Position numbers and translations under genes: made by a program | DNA from: Lachnospiraceae bacterium UBA7196 | Lineage (GTDB): Bacteria > Bacillota > Clostridia > Lachnospirales > Lachnospiraceae | Assembly (NCBI GenBank): GCA_002490835.1 | Contig: DKUU01000020.1 | Location: forward strand, 5,696-69,695 | Direction of reading: 5' to 3' | Length of the DNA stretch: 64,000 nucleotides | The notes under the pieces: generated by a model | Databases searched by the model: none | What the model saw: only the letters and a program-made list of their open reading frames with translations | What the model was told of the DNA's origin: nothing | Part shown: positions 1 through 8,653 of the stretch, piece after piece | Numbering within the stretch: the stretch's first letter is position 1 | Layout: each line of letters starts with the position of its first letter

Positions 1-89
1 TATTTGCTATAAGAGAAAGTCTGCCTATTGGATAGACTGTGTCGTAAAATCAGGATAGGTTTCAAGTGTGAGAGCTGGAGGCGTAAGAT

Positions 90-1301
90 ATGCGTAGAAA
101 CTTAAAAAAAGCGGCGGCTTTTGGTCTGGCAGTGTTGATCGGGTGCATGATGCCGATGGGTACGATGCTGGCGGAGGAAAGCGGTGAGACGGCGGTGAGC
201 GTCGTTTCTGAAAATGATTTGCCGGAAGAGGAGAACTCGTCTGACAATGAAACGGTTTCGGGTGAGGAGAATCTTTCCGGTGAGGAGAATGTTTCGGATG
301 AAGAGAATGTTCCGGACGAAAAAGATGCCTCTGACGGTGAGGATGTCCCGGACGGTGAGAATGCCGCAGATGTTACAGATGGTGAGGCAGCGGTATCGGA
401 AGGGGAAGATGTGCCGGAAGCTGCGGCAGTTGCCCTGCAGCAGGAGAGCGCCGTTACGGCTGTACTGACAGCGGAGCCGGAAGCGGAGACAAACGATGCA
501 CAGACGACGGATAGTGCGGCTGCGCCGGTGATCAGCATTACAAGAGGCGGAGCAGATAAAACGTTTCCTTTGGGCGGTGAACTCACGTTTGAATATACTA
601 ATAACTGGGGGACGATGTTTGACGTGTCTGTCAGTCAGAACGATCTGGAAATCACATCCTATTGCTATTTGGATAAGGTGACGGACAGGGAAGCCGCGGC
701 GAAGACACTAGAGCAGATGGATTCTTTGGGGTGGATGAAACAGGACCCGCCTATGAACTTTCGCCCTCTGCGTGACGGCTGTTATGTCGTATATATAAAA
801 GTAGAGGCGGGGGGACAGAACCATTACGCCCGTTCCTGTGGTCTCGTAGTAGACACCGTGAAGCCCGTCATAAAAGAAGCTGTATCAGGAACGGTATTAG
901 CGTCAGGGCAAACCTACCCGAAGGGAACCAGATTTTTGGTTGAGGACGATAATTTAGACAGTGTTTGGGTGAACCAGCAGCCGGTAACTCCCGAAAACGG
1001 CAGCTATCTGATGGTCGCAAAGGAGAATAGTACATCCTGTGAGATCAAGGCGGTCGATAAGGCGGGGAATGAAGAGACTTACGCGATTACCATTCCGGAC
1101 AGCGGTTCGCCGGGAGATGACGAAGAACAGCCAAAACCTGACAATACTGTCATTTCAGAAAGTAAAGATTACGTTCTGCAGGCGGGCGTGAAATACCATC
1201 TGGCGGCAGGGAAATGGAAAGTAAACGACGATTCGTCGGTTTATGAAGGTGATAATGATTTTTATGTAACGGCGGACGGTACTTATCATTTTTCAAAATA
1301 A
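90..1301 (+). CDS. Secreted or surface protein with an acidic repeat region; family not recognised
   Basis: Track ORF. GGAGG lies about 9 nt upstream of the ATG. N-terminus is signal-peptide-like (KKAAAFGLAVLIGCMMPMG). Imperfect acidic repeats (SGEEN/SDEEN/DGED) are followed by a beta-rich C-terminal half. Confidence 0.6.
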   Translation: MRRNLKKAAAFGLAVLIGCMMPMGTMLAEESGETAVSVVSENDLPEEENSSDNETVSGEENLSGEENVSDEENVPDEKDASDGEDVPDGENAADVTDGEAAVSEGEDVPEAAAVALQQESAVTAVLTAEPEAETNDAQTTDSAAAPVISITRGGADKTFPLGGELTFEYTNNWGTMFDVSVSQNDLEITSYCYLDKVTDREAAAKTLEQMDSLGWMKQDPPMNFRPLRDGCYVVYIKVEAGGQNHYARSCGLVVDTVKPVIKEAVSGTVLASGQTYPKGTRFLVEDDNLDSVWVNQQPVTPENGSYLMVAKENSTSCEIKAVDKAGNEETYAITIPDSGSPGDDEEQPKPDNTVISESKDYVLQAGVKYHLAAGKWKVNDDSSVYEGDNDFYVTADGTYHFSK

Positions 1302-1343
1302 ACTGTGAATGGTAAGAAGGAAACCGAAAGAGGGGCGTGTCAG

Positions 1344-2855
1344 ATGAAAGAAAAATTGTTGTCAAATAAGAAGATTATCATTTGTACCTGCGCAGCGGCG
1401 GCGGTGATCGTTGCGGCGGCAGTCGTACTGTTATCCAATAAGGAAGAAGCCTACCGATCCATAATGGTTTACGATGTAACGGGAAATGTCGTGATCGAGC
1501 GGGCGTCTGTGGGAGAAATGGCCGCGGCACAAAACCTGTATCTGGAATCGGGCGATCGTGTCAGCGTGGCGGCGGATTCCGGCATGCGCATGAAGCTGGA
1601 TGACGATAAGTATGTGTTCGCGGAGGCGGAAACGATTTTTTCTGTGGAAGCGGAGGGGACGGATACGGATTCCAAAACGAAAATATCTCTGGAACAGGGT
1701 GCGATCACCAATGAGATCCAACATCCTTTGAGCGAGGGTTCCCAGTATGAGACTTCCACGCCCAATTCCGTGATGGCGGTTAGAGGAACGATTTACCGTG
1801 TGGAATTATACGAGGAAGAAACCGTAGATAACGAAGATAAAATTACAAAACTGTGCTGCTTTCAGGGGCAGGTCAGTACAAAGCCCATTCTTGCGGATAG
1901 ATCTTTCGGAGAAGAAATATTGGTTCCGGCAGGCAAGGAATTGACTGTATACCATGACGGATCGGTGAGCGAAATCAGGGACATTGCCTATGAAGAACTT
2001 CCCGCGCAGGCGATCGGGAACCTGAAGGAGATGATGGAGAATGGACAGTCTGTCACGGGCATTTCTCTTGAGGAGTTGACACAGCTTGCCGCCGGACCGG
2101 CGGATGATAGCGAAGCGCCGGAAAGCGAAACATATCAGGAACAGCAGCCTGAGACGGAGCAGAGCGGACAGCCTGAAACAGCGGACGCAGCGCAGCGAAG
2201 CGGGGCCGAGCAGGCAGCGGACACGCAGATACATACGGAAACGGATACGGTTAAGAACGATACGGCTGCAACGGTAAAGAAAGAGCAAAAGACTGAGGCC
2301 CCGCAGCCGCCGACCCCTAAGCCGCAGCCGTCGAAAAAAACACAGCCGGCGGACAGCGGCAGCACGGACAATGGCAATACGGACGAGGGGGCTCAGGGAA
2401 ATGATTCCGGTTCCGATCAGGGAGGATCCGGTCAGGATAAACCGAATCAACCGGATAAGCCGGATAAACCCGGCAAACCGGATAAGCCCGATAAGCCGGA
2501 TAAGCCAGACAAACCGGATAAGCCGGATGAACCGGATAAGCCGGATGAACCGGATAAGCCGGATGAACCAGACAAACCGGATAAGCCGGATGAACCGGAT
2601 AAGCCGGATGAACCGGATAAGCCGGATGAACCGGACAAACCGGATGAACCAGACAAACCCGACAAACCGGATGAACCCGATAAACCCGAAATTTTCACAG
2701 TGACTTTTATGTATGAGGGTAAGGTATTTGCGACGCAGAAGGTAGAAAGCGGAGGGATGGCCACAGTACCGGTATTGCGGCCAAATCAGAGCGGCGCGTG
2801 GGATTTTGACTTTACAACGAAGATCGGGGCGAATACTACAATATCTTGGAAATAG
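1344..2855 (+). CDS. Membrane-anchored FecR-like protein with a (PDK/PDE)n linker and a C-terminal Listeria-Bacteroides-type repeat
   Basis: Start moved from the track GTG at 1305 to ATG 1344, which has GAGGGG about 8 nt upstream. One N-terminal TM helix (IIICTCAAAAVIVAAAVVLL). FecR-like core ends in AVRGTIYRV. Proline/acidic tandem linker. C-terminal FTVTFMYEG..SGAWDFDF repeat. Confidence 0.62.
   Translation: MKEKLLSNKKIIICTCAAAAVIVAAAVVLLSNKEEAYRSIMVYDVTGNVVIERASVGEMAAAQNLYLESGDRVSVAADSGMRMKLDDDKYVFAEAETIFSVEAEGTDTDSKTKISLEQGAITNEIQHPLSEGSQYETSTPNSVMAVRGTIYRVELYEEETVDNEDKITKLCCFQGQVSTKPILADRSFGEEILVPAGKELTVYHDGSVSEIRDIAYEELPAQAIGNLKEMMENGQSVTGISLEELTQLAAGPADDSEAPESETYQEQQPETEQSGQPETADAAQRSGAEQAADTQIHTETDTVKNDTAATVKKEQKTEAPQPPTPKPQPSKKTQPADSGSTDNGNTDEGAQGNDSGSDQGGSGQDKPNQPDKPDKPGKPDKPDKPDKPDKPDKPDEPDKPDEPDKPDEPDKPDKPDEPDKPDEPDKPDEPDKPDEPDKPDKPDEPDKPEIFTVTFMYEGKVFATQKVESGGMATVPVLRPNQSGAWDFDFTTKIGANTTISWK
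2436..2690 (+). repeat. In-frame tandem 9-bp (PDK/PDE) repeat tract, about 28 units, with an 18-bp superperiod (ccggataagccggatgaa)
   Basis: Read directly from the DNA and from the translation QDKPNQPDKPDKPGKPDKPDKP...PDEPDKPE. Confidence 0.95.
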
Positions 2856-2890
2856 ACGTCATCCATAGGAAAGATATGAGATAAATCCGA

Positions 2891-4729
2891 ATGAAATATT
2901 GGCTTAAAATGAAAACGGCGGCGGTTACTGCCGCCGTTATTCTAACCTCTCTGGCATTTTTATATGTTGGTACGGTGAATTTTTGGGATATGGGGATATC
3001 TGACAGGCTGAACCAGCGTGAGAGCGTGACGAATAAGAAAATTTATATTATCGGCATCGACGATAAGACGCTGAAACAGTACGGTCCCGTCAATACCTGG
3101 AGCAGGGAGATTCCGGCGAAACTGGTATCCCTGTTAAACGGTGCGGACGGCGCACGTCCGGCGGTGATCGGCTTCGATGTGATCTACAGTGAAGAGGCTG
3201 ACCGGGATGCGGACGATCATTTTGCAGCAGTCTGCGGTGAAGCCGGTAATGTGGTCGCAGCCATGAGCTTTTCTTTTAAGGGACAGCCCGAAAAAGGGGA
3301 GGACGGCCGCATCACTTACAATCCCTATCACGTGGATCATGTGATCGAGCCGTATGAGAGTTTGCAAAACGGAGTCATGCGCGGATTTGCCAATACTTTT
3401 GTAGACGGGGATGGCTATGTGCGGCAGGCTATGGCCTATCTGGATTATGAGGGTGTCAGGGAATACAGTCTCTCCTCGCAGGTTTATCGGGTCTATCAGG
3501 AGAGCCGGGGAGAAGAAGCGGTATTTCCGGCTGTTTACGGGAGGAATAACCGCTTTTATTTCACCTATTCCGGTAAGCCGGGCGGATACAGCGTCCTTTC
3601 CGTGGCGGATGTGCTGGATGGCACGGTGGAGCCTGCGCTTTTTCAGGACGCGGTGGTATTGGTGGGCGCATATGCCGTGGGCATGCAGGATTCTTATATG
3701 CCGGCGATCGCCCATAACAGTCAGATGTACGGGGTGGAGATTCATGCAAATATCATAGAAGCCCTGCTGGAAGGAAGGACACAGCTTCCGGCATCGCCTT
3801 TCCTCTATGCGCTGGCAGCGGCAGTTTTGTGCGGCATATTCTATGTTTTCAGTGAAAAAATCAGGATGCTGTTTTCCACGATCCTGCTGGCAGCGCTGAT
3901 CGTCTTTAATCTTATTTTTTCGAAGATCATGTATGGGAAGGGGTGGATCGTTCCGACGATCCTTTTGCCGGCCTGCCTGTTGGTCATTTATCTGGCGCAG
4001 ATGGTACATATGTATCTTGCGGAAATCATGAGAAGACGTCGCGTAGTTAATGTCTTTAAGCAGTATGTGGCGCCGCAGGTGGTGGATAAGATCAGCAAGG
4101 ACAAGGATTTTGAATTGGTGATCGGCGGAGAAAACCGCCATATCGCGGTGCTGTTTGTGGATATCCGCGGATTTACCACGATGTCGGAAAGCCTGCGGCC
4201 GGAGGAAGTGGTGGAGATTTTGAACGAATATCTGGGGCTCACCACGCAGGCGATCTTTGACAACGGCGGGACTTTGGATAAGTTTGTGGGCGACGCGACC
4301 ATGGCGGTCTTCAATGCGCCTTTCGATCTGGACGACTATATTTTCCGGGCGGTCGCTACCGCATGGGATATGCAGGCGGGAGCGGAGAAAATTGCCGAAA
4401 AGTTCCGCAAACGATACGGTAAGAGCGTTTCCTTCGGCATCGGTGTCAACTGTGGAAATGCCGTTGTGGGCAATATCGGCTGCGATTTCCGGATGGATTA
4501 TACGGCGATCGGGGATACCGTCAATACGGCGGCCAGACTGGAGAGCAATGCACGGCCCGGGCAGATATTGATCAGCGGGGAAGTCTATGAGGCGGTAAAG
4601 GACAGGGTGGATGTGACGCCGATCGGGGAGATCCCCCTGAAGGGAAAGAGCAACGGTGTTTTTGTGTATCAGGTAGACGGTGTGAGAAGTACTTCGAAAG
4701 CGAAACAGCAGAGTCAGGGAGGCGCGTAA
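2891..4729 (+). CDS. CHASE2 sensor fused to a class III nucleotidyl (adenylate/guanylate) cyclase
   Basis: N-terminal TM helix, then a CHASE2-like extracytoplasmic region (IYIIGIDDKTL, GFANTFVDGDGYVR). Three or four further TM helices. Cyclase core has IAVLFVDIRGFTTMSE, LDKFVGDATMAVFNAP and YTAIGDTVNTAARLE. Lys in DKFVGD suggests adenine specificity. Confidence 0.87.
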   Translation: MKYWLKMKTAAVTAAVILTSLAFLYVGTVNFWDMGISDRLNQRESVTNKKIYIIGIDDKTLKQYGPVNTWSREIPAKLVSLLNGADGARPAVIGFDVIYSEEADRDADDHFAAVCGEAGNVVAAMSFSFKGQPEKGEDGRITYNPYHVDHVIEPYESLQNGVMRGFANTFVDGDGYVRQAMAYLDYEGVREYSLSSQVYRVYQESRGEEAVFPAVYGRNNRFYFTYSGKPGGYSVLSVADVLDGTVEPALFQDAVVLVGAYAVGMQDSYMPAIAHNSQMYGVEIHANIIEALLEGRTQLPASPFLYALAAAVLCGIFYVFSEKIRMLFSTILLAALIVFNLIFSKIMYGKGWIVPTILLPACLLVIYLAQMVHMYLAEIMRRRRVVNVFKQYVAPQVVDKISKDKDFELVIGGENRHIAVLFVDIRGFTTMSESLRPEEVVEILNEYLGLTTQAIFDNGGTLDKFVGDATMAVFNAPFDLDDYIFRAVATAWDMQAGAEKIAEKFRKRYGKSVSFGIGVNCGNAVVGNIGCDFRMDYTAIGDTVNTAARLESNARPGQILISGEVYEAVKDRVDVTPIGEIPLKGKSNGVFVYQVDGVRSTSKAKQQSQGGA

Positions 4730-4732
4730 AGG

Positions 4733-5560
4733 ATGAGCAGACTGTATTTGGTTCCCGACCGAAAAGATATGAAAAGAATGTGCGATCTGGCGGAGGCCTA
4801 CGGGTGCGCGTTTGAATATAATGATTTTTTTCTGCCTAAGGTCATGGACGACGCCAAGGAGCAGGAAGAAATTATTGCGGATTACAGAAAGTACAGAGAA
4901 GGATTTTCCGGAAGCGGACTGGCTGAAAACGGATTTTCGGCGGATACTATGCACGGGGCTTTTTTAGATGTGACGATTCATAGCGACGATTCCCTGATCC
5001 GGGATGTTTCCATGCGGCGGGTGCGGCAGTCTATGGAGACGGCAAAGCGCATGGGATTAAAGGGCATCGTGTTCCATACCGGGCGGTTGGCCGGCTTCCG
5101 GTCGGCCGGGTATCTGAAAAACTGGCGAGACAGAAACGTATCTTTTTTTACGGAGATTGCGGCGCAGTATCCGGAGCAGCAGATTTATATGGAGAATATG
5201 TTTGACGAAGCGCCCGACGTTCTGGCGGGGCTGGCGGAGCAGATGCGGGATGTTGAAAATTTCGGCATCTGTCTGGATTATGCCCATGCTATGATCTTTT
5301 CAAAATGTTCGGGACGGGAGTGGATCGAGCCGCTGGCGCCTTACATCCGCCATATTCACATCAATGACAACGATCTGCAGCATGATCTTCATCTGGCAGT
5401 GGGTGCGGGACGGCTGGACTGGCAGGAATTTGACCATTTGATCAGGCAGTACGATATAGAGGCGCCGGTACTTGTGGAAGTGAACGGGTACGAGGCGCAG
5501 AAGGAATCGCTTCAGTACATGAAACGGGACGGAATCTATCCGATGGAAAGGGAAAGGTAA
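4733..5560 (+). CDS. Xylose-isomerase-like TIM-barrel protein (sugar phosphate isomerase/epimerase, AP_endonuc_2 family)
   Basis: Motifs GIVFHTG, YMENMF, ICLDYAHA and HIHINDN. Starts 3 nt after the cyclase stop. Confidence 0.7.
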   Translation: MSRLYLVPDRKDMKRMCDLAEAYGCAFEYNDFFLPKVMDDAKEQEEIIADYRKYREGFSGSGLAENGFSADTMHGAFLDVTIHSDDSLIRDVSMRRVRQSMETAKRMGLKGIVFHTGRLAGFRSAGYLKNWRDRNVSFFTEIAAQYPEQQIYMENMFDEAPDVLAGLAEQMRDVENFGICLDYAHAMIFSKCSGREWIEPLAPYIRHIHINDNDLQHDLHLAVGAGRLDWQEFDHLIRQYDIEAPVLVEVNGYEAQKESLQYMKRDGIYPMERER

Positions 5561-5567
5561 GAGCGGG

Positions 5568-7043
5568 ATGCATCTGCAATATGAAGACTTTGAGAAAATC
5601 ATGGATATCGGCATACGACTTTCCACGGAACGGGACAGGAACCGTCTGCTGCTGACCATACTGGATAAGGGGATGGAGATCACAAACTGTGATGCAAGCA
5701 CCCTGTATCTGTATGAAAAGGAAGAACTGCATTTTAAGTATATGAAGACGCTCTCCCAAGGGATTAACAGAGGATCGGACGGCGAAGTCATCGATCTGCC
5801 GCCCGTGCCGATGAAGGAAGAAAATGTATGTTCCTATGCGGCTATTCATCAGGAAGTCGTCAATATACCGGATGTCTATGCCAGCAGCCGCTTTGATTTT
5901 TCCGGTCCCAGACAGTATGACAGCCTGACCGGATACCGCACGCAGTCGCAGCTGGTGGTGCCTCTGGCAAATAATGAAAACGAACTGATCGGCGTGCTGC
6001 AGTTGATCAATGCCATGGATGAAACGGGCAGCGTGATTGCGTTCAATGAAGAGTATGAGATCATCATCCGCGCGCTGGGAGCCATTGCAGCCATCGAGCT
6101 GACGAATCTTTCCTATGTGGAGGCGTTGAAGACACAGATTTATTCTTTTGTAGAAGCGCTGACGACGGCTCTGGAGGAAAGGACGCCTTACAATGCGCTC
6201 CATACAAGGAATGTCGAAAAATACGCGAGCCTGCTGGCGGATTATATCACGCAGTTGCATGGGGAAGGAAAGTGCGAAAAGACATTTGATCAGGCCAGAA
6301 AGGAACAACTGATGCTGGCGGCGCTCATTCACGATATCGGTAAGCTGGCGGTGCCTCTTAGCATCATGAATAAGGCGACCAGATTGAATAGCCGGATCGA
6401 GAAAATAGACGACCGGTTTGCGCTGCTTAGGGCCTTGTATGAGATTGATATGCTGCGGGGCAGGATCACGGCGGCGGAATATGAGGAGACGGTAAAGGAT
6501 CTGGAAACGGAACTTGCTTTTATCCATGCGATCGATGTGGTCGATTATGTGACGGACAAAGACTGCGAACATATAAAGAAGCTGGCCGAAAAACAGCATA
6601 CAGGAGAGGAGGGTGCAGCCCTTTCCTATCTGACGCCACAGGAGGCGGAATGTCTGGCGATCCGCAGCGGTACGCTGACTTTGAAAGAGCGCAGGGAGAT
6701 GGAAAATCATGTGGTCATGACTTCCCGGATCTTGGAAAAAGTGGAGTTTTATAAAGGATTTTCCATGGTGCCGAAGTGGGTGGGCGCACATCATGAGTAT
6801 CTGGATGGCAGCGGTTATCCGAAAGGTTTAAAAGGCGACGAACTCGATCTGGAGACAAGGCTTTTGACGGTGGTGGACATCTATGACGCGCTGGTGGCCA
6901 CGGACAGGCCTTATAAGGAGCCGATCTCAAGGCCGAAGGCGATCCAGATTTTAAAAGATATGGCGAAGAAAGGAAAAGTCGATCTGCAGCTTGTGGAGTG
7001 GCTGGACGAGGCCTTGGAGAAGGAAGGAGTGGCTGACACATAG
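5568..7043 (+). CDS. GAF domain plus HD-GYP phosphodiesterase
   Basis: N-terminal GAF-like region (CDASTLYLY..QLVVPL..IGVLQLINA). HD-GYP motifs HTRNVEKYA, LIHDIGKLAVP, GAHHEYLDGSGYPKGL and VVDIYDALVATDRPYK are all canonical. Confidence 0.87.
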   Translation: MHLQYEDFEKIMDIGIRLSTERDRNRLLLTILDKGMEITNCDASTLYLYEKEELHFKYMKTLSQGINRGSDGEVIDLPPVPMKEENVCSYAAIHQEVVNIPDVYASSRFDFSGPRQYDSLTGYRTQSQLVVPLANNENELIGVLQLINAMDETGSVIAFNEEYEIIIRALGAIAAIELTNLSYVEALKTQIYSFVEALTTALEERTPYNALHTRNVEKYASLLADYITQLHGEGKCEKTFDQARKEQLMLAALIHDIGKLAVPLSIMNKATRLNSRIEKIDDRFALLRALYEIDMLRGRITAAEYEETVKDLETELAFIHAIDVVDYVTDKDCEHIKKLAEKQHTGEEGAALSYLTPQEAECLAIRSGTLTLKERREMENHVVMTSRILEKVEFYKGFSMVPKWVGAHHEYLDGSGYPKGLKGDELDLETRLLTVVDIYDALVATDRPYKEPISRPKAIQILKDMAKKGKVDLQLVEWLDEALEKEGVADT

Positions 7044-7061
7044 GCCGCCGACGAGGGCGGC

Positions 7062-8447
7062 TTATGCGCCATATAACTCTTTAAGGGTAAGCAGACGTAC
7101 GTCCGCATCCTGCGCTTTTAGCGCTGCCGTGAACCCGGATTTGGAGAAAATATAGTAATAGTACTTTTCAAAATGTCTCATGGCGGCGGCGTAATCTTTT
7201 AACAAGGCCAATTCGTCCGCATCGACGGGAGCGTTCCGGTATTTACAGGAGCCGACGATACAGGCGTTTTCATCCGCTGCGGACACGACCAGATCGATCT
7301 GCGCCTGTTTGTGTGTCTGCGGATGGCCGCCCCACCACTGACCAATCTCGCCAAGTAAAATAGGGAGATCGTCGGCATAATATAAAATATAGTCGCGGCA
7401 CATTTTCTCAAAAGTCAATCCCATATAGTCGGATAAACGGGGTTCGATGGCTGCCGCGTAGTTGTCTTCTATTCTGCCGGAGAGGATAGAAGACATATTT
7501 TTGGGCACAAAAGTAAACCAAAAACGGAAAAACTGGTCGTCGATCAGATAAATGGAACGTTTGCCGCCGGATTCCGTGACAGGTGTTTCCCGTTTGATGA
7601 TACCGAGTGTGATCAGGTTGGAAAGGTATTTGCTGCAAAGTCCGCTTTCCATGCCGACAGTGGTTGCAATCTCGGAAAGCCTCGTCCTGCCGGAGGCGAT
7701 AGCGGTGATGATGGCATTGTAGGTGGAAGGTTCCCGCAGTTCCTGTTTAAAGAGATTGGAAGGCTCCTCAAATAAAAGCGCGTTCTTATTGAAAAGATGC
7801 TGCAGCAGGTTCTCGCGAATGGACAAGGTGGGCGAAAACTGTTCCAGATAGAGGGGGATGCCGCCGGTGATGCCGTACATCAGGGCTTTTTCCTCAAAGG
7901 AATAGTTCGGGAACCATTTTCCGGTCTCTAAATATTGGAAGGGCAGAATCTTAAACTGCGCTGTACGGCGGCCGTAGAGAGGACTCTGGTAGCCCAGCAC
8001 CTGCTTTTCCATAAAGCTCATGGAGGAGCCGCAGAGGATCAGAAACAGCTTAGTTGCTTTAAACTGGTGGTCAAGGTAGTTTTGCAGCAGGGAGGAGATG
8101 CCTTTTTCCGCGCCGGCGAGGTAGGGGTATTCGTCGATCACTACGATCAGGCGCTCTGAGGATGCGATTTCGGCAAGACGGGTAAACGCGTCTCCAAAGC
8201 TGCGGAAAGTCATATGGGCGCTGCTGTTTGTATCTACTTCCGCTATGGCGTTTGAGAAAGATTCCAGATTTTGCACCGTGTTGTTTTCCTGCGCGGCAAA
8301 AAAGACAGTCTTTTTGCCCTTGCAAAACTCTGTGATCAGCGTGGTTTTCCCGACGCGCCTGCGCCCATAGATGATGGCGACTTCCAGTTTGCCGCTTGCG
8401 TACATTTGATTCAATTTTTTAAGTTCCTGATCGCGGCCGATGAACAT
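7062..8447 (-). CDS. AAA+ (Arch_ATPase-like) ATPase with wHTH and C-terminal DUF234 domain, paralog 1
   Basis: Start trimmed to ATG 8447, which has AGGAGG 7 nt upstream. The track start at 8489 lacks an RBS. Walker A is YGRRRVGKTTLI and Walker B is LIVVIDEYPYL. wHTH is RLSEIATTVGMESGLCSKYLSNLITLGII. C-terminal IDLVV..VGSCKY is a PD-(D/E)xK-like motif with Ser at the acidic position. Confidence 0.82.
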   Translation of the reverse strand: MFIGRDQELKKLNQMYASGKLEVAIIYGRRRVGKTTLITEFCKGKKTVFFAAQENNTVQNLESFSNAIAEVDTNSSAHMTFRSFGDAFTRLAEIASSERLIVVIDEYPYLAGAEKGISSLLQNYLDHQFKATKLFLILCGSSMSFMEKQVLGYQSPLYGRRTAQFKILPFQYLETGKWFPNYSFEEKALMYGITGGIPLYLEQFSPTLSIRENLLQHLFNKNALLFEEPSNLFKQELREPSTYNAIITAIASGRTRLSEIATTVGMESGLCSKYLSNLITLGIIKRETPVTESGGKRSIYLIDDQFFRFWFTFVPKNMSSILSGRIEDNYAAAIEPRLSDYMGLTFEKMCRDYILYYADDLPILLGEIGQWWGGHPQTHKQAQIDLVVSAADENACIVGSCKYRNAPVDADELALLKDYAAAMRHFEKYYYYIFSKSGFTAALKAQDADVRLLTLKELYGA

Positions 8448-8490
8448 GCGGCGTCCTCCTTTTATAAATGCGGTTTTTAGGTATATCAAA

Positions 8491-8516
8491 ATATACTATA
8501 TCACGATATACTATAT
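8491..8516. promoter_or_regulatory. Two perfect 11-bp direct repeats (ATATACTATAT, 4-bp spacer, 15-bp period) overlapping the putative -10 of ATPase paralog 1
   Basis: Read directly. Copies are at 8491-8501 and 8506-8516. A minus-strand TATAAT lies at 8520-8515. The region is a divergent promoter shared with the response-regulator gene. Confidence 0.55.
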
Positions 8517-8653
8517 TATACATCAGTAAATAGACGGGTGTCAAGTGCAGCATAATACGGTATAATCATAGTTATGATACAAATTTGATGATTTTAACAG
8601 AATGGAAGGACAGAAAACAGATTCGAGAGCATGAGCAGACGAGAGGAAAAACG

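Noticed and set aside
2436-2690. Tandem repeats considered as a CRISPR-like array. The same question applies to the 15-bp-phased repeats at 30705-30760.
   Set aside because: The units are 9-15 bp with no unique spacers. The first tract is in frame inside a CDS and the second lies in a promoter/leader. There are no cas genes in the window.
3134-4954. Very long antisense ORFs in the track: 3134-4954, 5442-6794, 21337-22230, 22101-23402, 24028-25059, 46989-48077 and 51869-52987, all on the minus strand.
   Set aside because: Each lies entirely opposite a gene with clear family motifs (cyclase, HD-GYP, argF, birA, dusB, MCP, sigma). Their translations are Arg/His/Pro/Leu-rich with no recognisable motifs or RBS. 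They are typical shadow frames of GC-rich coding DNA.
8448-8489. Track start of the ATPase ORF at 8489 (MIYLKTAFIKGGRR...).
   Set aside because: There is no RBS, and the extension would run into the promoter repeats. ATG 8447 has a perfect AGGAGG at 7 nt and matches the N-terminus of the paralog (MFIGRD).
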